A DNA stretch of 64,000 bases from a virus. Position numbers and translations under genes: made by a program. The stretch's first letter is position 1; each line of letters begins with the position of its first letter. Positions 56,924-64,000 of the stretch are shown here, piece after piece. Where the stretch lies: positions 2,308-66,307 of IMG/VR virus record IMGVR_UViG_3300027851_000021; one strand, written 5' to 3'. Under the pieces are notes generated by a model. That model had not been told where the DNA came from and made no database searches. It worked only from the letters and a program-made list of their open reading frames with translations.

Positions 56924-57991
56924 GACCGTCCATTTCTTCTACCATGTCTTCAAATGTGCTACCCATAACATTAAGGTATCTAGGCTTCTTACTTACTTTA
57001 ACCTTAGATACAGTTGATTCTATAATAGGTTCACCCTTTTCAGGCGTCGGCGTTGAATGGGAAAGAATAATATTGCGCAGGTAACGATTAAACTGTTTAT
57101 TTAAAGCTGTTACTACCTCAATCCGTGCATCGGTATTGTCAGTACGAGTAATGATCTCTGCAAGCATCCATTTAATAGCCTGAATACGATACTCAGGAGT
57201 ATAAAACGGTGTGAATGAATAAGTCTTATATGTGCTTACATGATATTGCTTCTCCATAGAGTTATGGTAGACCATCATTAAGGCATTATATAGATAACTG
57301 GTATCCATATCTTTGACATTGTGGAAGGACCCATAACGATCCCTCCATTCGAACGTTGTAATCATTTTAGTTCTCCATTAAAGTAAGTCAGGAAGAAGTT
57401 GCAGTGAATACGTACCTTTATGTTCTTCTGCAAGGGTCTTAGCATTTTCCTCCAAAACCCTGAGTCCAATCAAATAGCCCTGTGGACATAAGATTACAAA
57501 AACCGCATTATAGATTTTACCTTTTACCATATCAACTCCTACAAGCTTTTGTATTCTTTGTACATTTCGGCAAAAGTCTCATCTTGATCAGCGTACGCTT
57601 TAAGTTTCGCTTCTTGATCCAATTTGGCCACTGCTGCGTCCAACATTGTTTTCAGTACACGTTTCTTCTCAGCACGTTCCTTACGGATATTGTGCTGTGT
57701 AATATCCAACTTACCTACGATGTAGTCTTTGGCAGATGGATTGTATTGAGCCATTTCAGTTACGGTTACAACAACGAAACCTTCCATATCATTTTCGACA
57801 ATGACCTTATTACCAATTTCGACACCTTCAATGTCACACAAGAATGGGTAGACTTCATCAATGATACCTTGACGATTACTTACAAGATAACCGCGATCAT
57901 AGATAACACCCACAGTGAATGGAATATTAACAGTTGAGATTGATGTACCTGTAGCTCCTACAAGTTCATCTTTATTTACGACTTCATTCAT
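56913..57991 (-). CDS. hypothetical genes (56913-57365, 57378-57530, 57539-57991)
   Basis: GGAG RBS before each ORF. Confidence 0.55.
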
Positions 57992-58031
57992 TTAGTTCTC
58001 CTTGGTTATTGAAAGGTTTAATTCATTATTT

Positions 58032-58060
58032 AATATACGCTATTTATCTATGACATTCAA
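58032..58060 (-). promoter_or_regulatory. sigma70-like promoter
   Basis: C-TTGAAT-N17-TATATT. Confidence 0.55.
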
Positions 58061-58075
58061 GGTGTCAAATAACTG

Positions 58076-61000
58076 TCAAAGCTTTGTTGCTAATGCCCAT
58101 CTATACCATTGTTGAAACATTGCTTGTGTCTTAAACTGTAAGAACACCTGAGGTAAAGCATTCGGAGCTAAAGCTACATATCCTCCACCAAACTTAGGAT
58201 CATCGTTGATATCAATAGCCATATCACGTAACTCTTCCGCACGTTTAAGGGAGCTTGCCAAAGTTCTAAATCTTACCATTAATCTTTGATCTCCTCTACG
58301 TTGCATGAGTGTACTTCAACAAACTTTCCATCATAATTTCTGACTTCGGTATGTGTTTCGGTTACACGATATTTCTTACCATTCATGTTCTTCCACTTTT
58401 CGATTGCTTCCGGAACCCATTTTTCGGTAGTAAAATAATTACCTGCAGTAACATGAAAGATATGCCCAATAACTGGCATAAAATGAACGTAGAATAGAGT
58501 ATCACCAGTATCCCAATCAAGTACACTGACGTCTAGATCATATTTTGTGCTCATTTAGTTTTCATTCCTTATCTGGTAATGTGTTTAATTTAATCCAAAC
58601 ATAAGCAGGAGTCTTGGCTTTACCCTTCTTCCATATACGTAGCATATCACTACTTGTACCTAAAAATTCAGCTGTACGTGTATGTATACCATATGCATCG
58701 CCGAACTTTAACTTACAAAGGTCTATAAGTTTTTGTGCTTGACCATCATCATGCCATACAGCTTTTACTTTACCTTGTGCATTGGTAATTGTTTTATAAG
58801 GCACTATTCTGGTTCCTTTTGATCTGTGATGCCTAGTTCAGCCATTAAGATTCCCATAGCATTCTGGTATACGTTATGATCTGCATCACTACCTTTGAAG
58901 CTAGGATATCCTTCAGAATCCTCTAAAAGACCACGAATATCGTTAATGCAGGTAGCTATAATATCAGGGCGAGCCTGTTGTAAAGGTAAAAGAGCATCAA
59001 AGCTTTTGATATTGCGACGTAATTCCATAGAGAATGCAGACTTATACATCTGTGAGTCCATCTCAGCTACTCTGCATCTTTCCACTAACATAGAGTTGGC
59101 TTTCAGGAGTTCGGTTACTCTTTTATCATGGGCAGCTTGTAATTCCGCTATAGAAGCATCTATACGTTTTGTTGCTACCTGTAATATCGCCTTAATGGTG
59201 GCGGATACTATAGTAGGTGAGGTTATATCAGTATCTACAGCTTTTAATGTCAGGCCGATGATATTGAGGTTCTTAAGTGCTTGCTGCATTATAATTCTAC
59301 TCCTGTTCTTGTGGATAAATACCCTACTAAATACCCATAGTCTTCAGGACTGAAGGTTACTGTAATAGGTTTATGATTGTTACCTTTAAGAATCTCTTCC
59401 CTTAAACGGTTTGTCATTACTCTTGTTACACGTAACAAAATTATGTCACGTCTTTCTTTCCTAAACCAATTAAACATTGTAGCTCCTATGGGTGATGCCA
59501 TGTTGATGTGAATATAGGTATACCAAGAAAGTAATATGTTGTTACATTCTTTCCTTTAGTATTACCTACAGATAGTATCGTTTTACGTGTCTTACAAAAG
59601 ATCATGGAGCATTACTCCTTTGTTAATACATTCGTCATCTTTATAAATGTCGTATCCACCATTACCATCATCCATTCCATCGAGAACTACTAATATGGAA
59701 TGTAGGCAGCCTTCGATACGATCCCTAGTAGAGGTTTCTGTTGGTACATTCTTACTTGCCCAATATAAAGCCCTACTACGTAACCTACTTACTAATTCTT
59801 TAGCTTTAACTTTGTCGGAAGGTTTAACACCCTCACCATGATTCTCTCCCATTTTACTGCTCCGTCATTAATTGATGGAAATCCTCTAAAGGAATGTTGA
59901 TCCAATAAGCCGCTTTATGTGTACGGTGATCAATACAAAATACCGTACCTGTAGTATCTTTAAAATGTGCCGTACCATTACCAAACATATCAGGTTTCAT
60001 AGCAGTTGCTGTAATAACATATTCGATATTTATATCTCGTTGATGCCAATTATGTATAGCTACCTTAGCTTCTTTAGGTAGATCAGTTACTAAGGCACAT
60101 TCAATTAGCTTGTGCATGTTTAGCATCCTTTACTTGTTCGTTGATAACACATTGATCTATGTACTTTGTAAACAGTTCACGTCCATGTTTTGCTTGGTCA
60201 TCATTATCCATAACTTTCTCTTTGTCTTGTAATGTCCAGAAGTTAACAGTAATGTGTCGATACCCATTAGCATCTGCTGGAGTTCCATCATGACGTTCGA
60301 ATCCAGCCCATCCCATAACGGTTATTCTAGCTGACTTCATTAATGCACGATAGCGTTCAGCATCTATTTGATCCTGATTATTTCTATCTCCCGTAGGATC
60401 ATCATTACAGTTATTACAGAGACCATCGTCATCGAGCTCTGTGTGCATATGGCATTTAAGACAGTTAGCTATGATTGTTTTCATTGTACGAATCCTTTTC
60501 TTTACAGTGTAGACATCTAACAGGTTTCTTTAAGGCAGCTAAAACGATGTTCGCTTCTTCTCTGACGAGTTCTCTACGCGAAACATGTTCTAGAATACGT
60601 AATAATGCTTCTTCAGGTGTCATACTGTCTTTCCTAATATATGCCAAGGATCATTTTCTGTTACCAATACTGGATCCACCACAGTACATTCTATATTATG
60701 TTCTTTCATATACCTAAGAGCACCTAAGCAAGGTTTAGTTGGATTAGAATGACAAGCCCAAGTCTTATTATGGTTAACACGCATATTAATAATTTCGCCT
60801 ATACAAGGCAGACAACCATAATTAACTACCATTTCCGAATATTCATTATACGCAAATGGACAAGCACCAGTAGTACAACATTCTTCGCAAGTCTCTTGCT
60901 TAACGACGTTTGCCTGTTGAGTCATCTTTTTCTTCCCTTTTACTTAATACCTGAAAGTTGGACTTATTATATGCTTGGCCAATAACATATTTGCTACTGA

Positions 61001-62847
61001 CCTCTTGTTTGTACCTTTCGTCCTCTAATCGAGTACCTTGATGGTGTTGAGTGTCTAAAGATGGATATACCTCTCTGGACTTCAACTCTTGAGGCTCAGG
61101 TGTATATGGGCGCCGCCTCGACTTACTCCCGCTTTGGCTTTTTATCCCATTGGATGTCTTCGAGACCCCAAGTCGTTCAAGAAGCTTTGCGTGTAGTCGC
61201 TTCTCTTCGAGCTCTTTGGACGTCAGCTTTCTTTTCTTTCTTGACACGATCTTTCTCCTTATTATATTCCAGATAAGCAACCAGACGATTAGCCCAATCT
61301 TGAAGGCGTTTAGCCTCACCTAAAGTAAAGAACGTAGGAAACAACTTAGTAACAAGCATCTCTCCAGGATATACTTCGGATTTCTTGGAATGTGTAAACG
61401 TAAACGGAATACGACATATCTTAGGTTTAAGCATTTTCGATCTCACATTCTGCATCCTCTTGGATTTCCTGTACAGATATACGTGACATAGGAAAACAAG
61501 TGATACGGGCTATTTCTTTATTGTTTAACGGATCTTGAACTATAATAGCATCATGTTCTTGTCCAGAGAAAGGCATTCCTTCATATGGAAACACTTCCGC
61601 TTTAGGATCTTTGTCAGCAAGAAACTCTAAGAGTCTACCTACCGTTAATACCGGAGCAAATCTTAACTTAGTCATGATTGACCTCTTTCTTAAATGCTTC
61701 TAGGTAAGCTTCCAAAGACTTTGTAGGCCCATTACCTGCTTTACGTTTGGCTAACATACTATATAATTGTTCCAACGCATCATCTACTTCAGCGGGTGTT
61801 AATTCCTTAACTACCTTCTTGTAGAATTTGAGCGGATTACCTATATGTGTATATAACATCTGATCGGCATATTGTTTAGCCATGATTGCTCCTAAATGGT
61901 AATACTACACCCACCTCTTCTTCGTGTATAGGTGGAATAATTCCATATCCAGCACGTATAGCTTCCATACGACTTACTACACGTCTAGAATACTCTTCTT
62001 CCATAACCACATCCAAAGCTGTTTTAATAACAGGCAAACCTTCAGATTCGCACATACTATCCGTCAGACGACTATGCCATAAAGCACGTTCGAGCTGATT
62101 GTTACTAAATCCACGTACATAGAATACCAATGTCATATCGACGACATTACTCGGCTTTTGGCGTTTAGGTTTACGCATTATAAGCCTCACGTTGTTCTTT
62201 TTGACGTTTAGCTACCTGTAGAGCATCCAATTCTAATCGGACACGTGATTTAGCTAATACAGCGTCACGATATGTCTCTGAAGGTACTTTGAATTCATAT
62301 TCATCCAAAGACAAATGTGTACTTCCAAAAGACATTCCAGTATCATGGATATTGACAATTGCTGCAGGATACTCAATGGCAAGGAACTCAATGATCGCGC
62401 CTCTAAAAGAGCCATCTGTACAGTTCTTATTACCCAGGAGCATTAGCATGTCTCCTTCTTTAATAGTGGTTGTATCAACAGCTTTGATACCCATCTCTGC
62501 TGCACATTGAAAACGTTTTGGTCTTGGTTCTGTGTTAAACACTTTTAGCTCCTATTGTTATAGTACTGATAAAATACCGAAAATTTACATTACGCAGATT
62601 GTTGTTGAGATGTACCGAACTCGATACTTTGAAGATCCATCGGATCAGCGATTACTTGTGTGACATACTGGACCGAAACTCCGACATAACGGGAGATTGT
62701 AGAGATAGGTGTGTTCTTAGCCGCAAGCGCCAGGACTTTGTTACGCGTACTTGATTGATGGAAGGCGTTTATCGTCTCCCGAAGTTCTTCTGTACGATTT
62801 ATACATTCGGATGGTTTTTGTTCGGCTCTAGCATATTGACTTCTCAT
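58076..62847 (-). CDS. array of about 16 small putative early hypothetical genes, including HTH-like (58562-58804, 62590-62847) and Cys-rich (60620-60925) proteins
   Basis: Densely packed, co-oriented 60-160 aa ORFs typical of a phage early region. Confidence 0.55.
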
Positions 62848-62870
62848 TTTTAGTCTCCATTTGGTTAAGG

Positions 62871-63422
62871 TTAAATTACTTGATATTTGTCTTGATCACC
62901 CAATGCGTTCGTGATCTTCTTACGAAGCCCCTGTGAAGCATTGAATTCTTTGTCAATAGAAGGATATACATAAGGCATATCCAAACTATCAATATTCTGT
63001 TCATGATCTGCTAAGGCATCACGAATTAGTTTCAGTTGTAGTTCCGTGAACTTGCATATGAAATATTTACTCATCTTCTGTCTCCGTGTCTTCTTGCTCC
63101 ACGAATTCTTTATTAGTCATGCGTGCAGCTATTTTACGTTCTTGTTCAGCTTCTTTAAAGATATTAGGTTCAATACTACCATTTTCCAGAGACTCTGCAT
63201 AATGTATTAAAGCCTCACGTACTATCTGATATTGTGCAGTATCTAATTTGATTTTGTGTGCCATCATAAACCTAGCTTTCTTTGGATCTCTGTAAGACTA
63301 TTACGTTCTTCTTCGATGGTTGCATATACTATAGATATACCTGTTTCATTTATTAAACCGGAATACTCATCCCACATGGCACGTAGTAATTCTAATTCTT
63401 TAGGTGTAAGTGTTTCTGTCAT
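62871..63422 (-). CDS. three tandem related microproteins (63264-63422, 63067-63267, 62871-63074)
   Basis: Shared helical motif; overlapping stops and starts. Confidence 0.55.
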
Positions 63423-63448
63423 GATTGTTTCTTTCTTATTATTCTTAT

Positions 63449-63477
63449 AGTATATAGAATTTCCTTATTGGTCTCAA
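63449..63477 (-). promoter_or_regulatory. sigma70-like early promoter
   Basis: GATTTCCTA-TTGAGA-N17-TATACT. Confidence 0.55.
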
Positions 63478-63505
63478 TAGGAAATCATTTAGTCGACCAT
63501 CATAT

Positions 63506-63955
63506 TTATTTTAGGAGTGTTCCTAACATACCATATACCAATTGTGCGATAGTTTTATTATACATACCGAGATATTGACAGAGCTCTACATCGGATCGAA
63601 TTAGAAACAATAGTCGTTTATATGCATTAGTTGCAGCCATGTTATCTCGTTCTTGTGACGTTTGGATGTCTATAGGCTCTACATTAATCATGATAGGTTC
63701 ATCAGACAGTTTATAATATGCCAGATTGTTACGTATATAAAAAGGTTTATACTGCAGCTTACGCAAGGCACTAGATACTATTTTGGAATTAAGTCTATCA
63801 ACACTCAGATTATGTTGTACTATTACCAACGATAATTGTTTAGCAGTAAATAACCCATTTACCTTAAAATTATGATCGTCACTACCTTCTCGTTGTTCTT
63901 GTAGGTGAATAAGTCCTATATTAACCGCTTTTAATATTTGTGCATTATATTCCAT
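63506..63955 (-). CDS. hypothetical protein
   Basis: 149-aa ORF with AAGGA RBS. Confidence 0.5.
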   Translation of the reverse strand: MEYNAQILKAVNIGLIHLQEQREGSDDHNFKVNGLFTAKQLSLVIVQHNLSVDRLNSKIVSSALRKLQYKPFYIRNNLAYYKLSDEPIMINVEPIDIQTSQERDNMAATNAYKRLLFLIRSDVELCQYLGMYNKTIAQLVYGMLGTLLK

Positions 63956-64000
63956 TATAATTCCTTTATTGTTGTTCTATTATTTACCATTATATATTAA

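Noticed and set aside
1-64000. Integrase, tRNA genes, CRISPR array, stop-codon reassignment
   Set aside because: None seen; genes read intact in the standard code and all three stop codons are used

Overview
The window is almost entirely the genome of an AT-rich tailed dsDNA phage with a long non-contractile tail. The host is probably Gram-negative, because the phage has a spanin pair. There are two arms. The + strand arm (143-28609) carries terminase, portal, an inserted fibre/depolymerase cassette, head, tail (with a -1 frameshift chaperone) and lysis genes. The - strand arm (28919-63955) carries small early genes, nucleotide metabolism, primase-helicase, ligase, recombination genes and a family A DNA polymerase with an N-terminal UDG-like domain. 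The arms converge on a bidirectional terminator at about 28642-28684. I saw no integrase, tRNA, CRISPR array or reverse transcriptase. The main system is a 7-deazaguanine DNA-modification cluster: queC, folE, queD, queE and a divergent TGT/DpdA-fold gene whose stop overlaps the start of the polymerase. Other observations worth testing are a stand-alone acyl carrier protein coupled to thyX, a fibre-like protein with a Sec-type signal peptide in the neck operon, an apparently circularly permuted GHKL ATPase, two DUF6527-like proteins, three structured intergenic elements, a shared extended sigma70-type promoter and a tandem trio of tiny paralogous early genes. All calls come from reading motifs by eye; no database searches were run.
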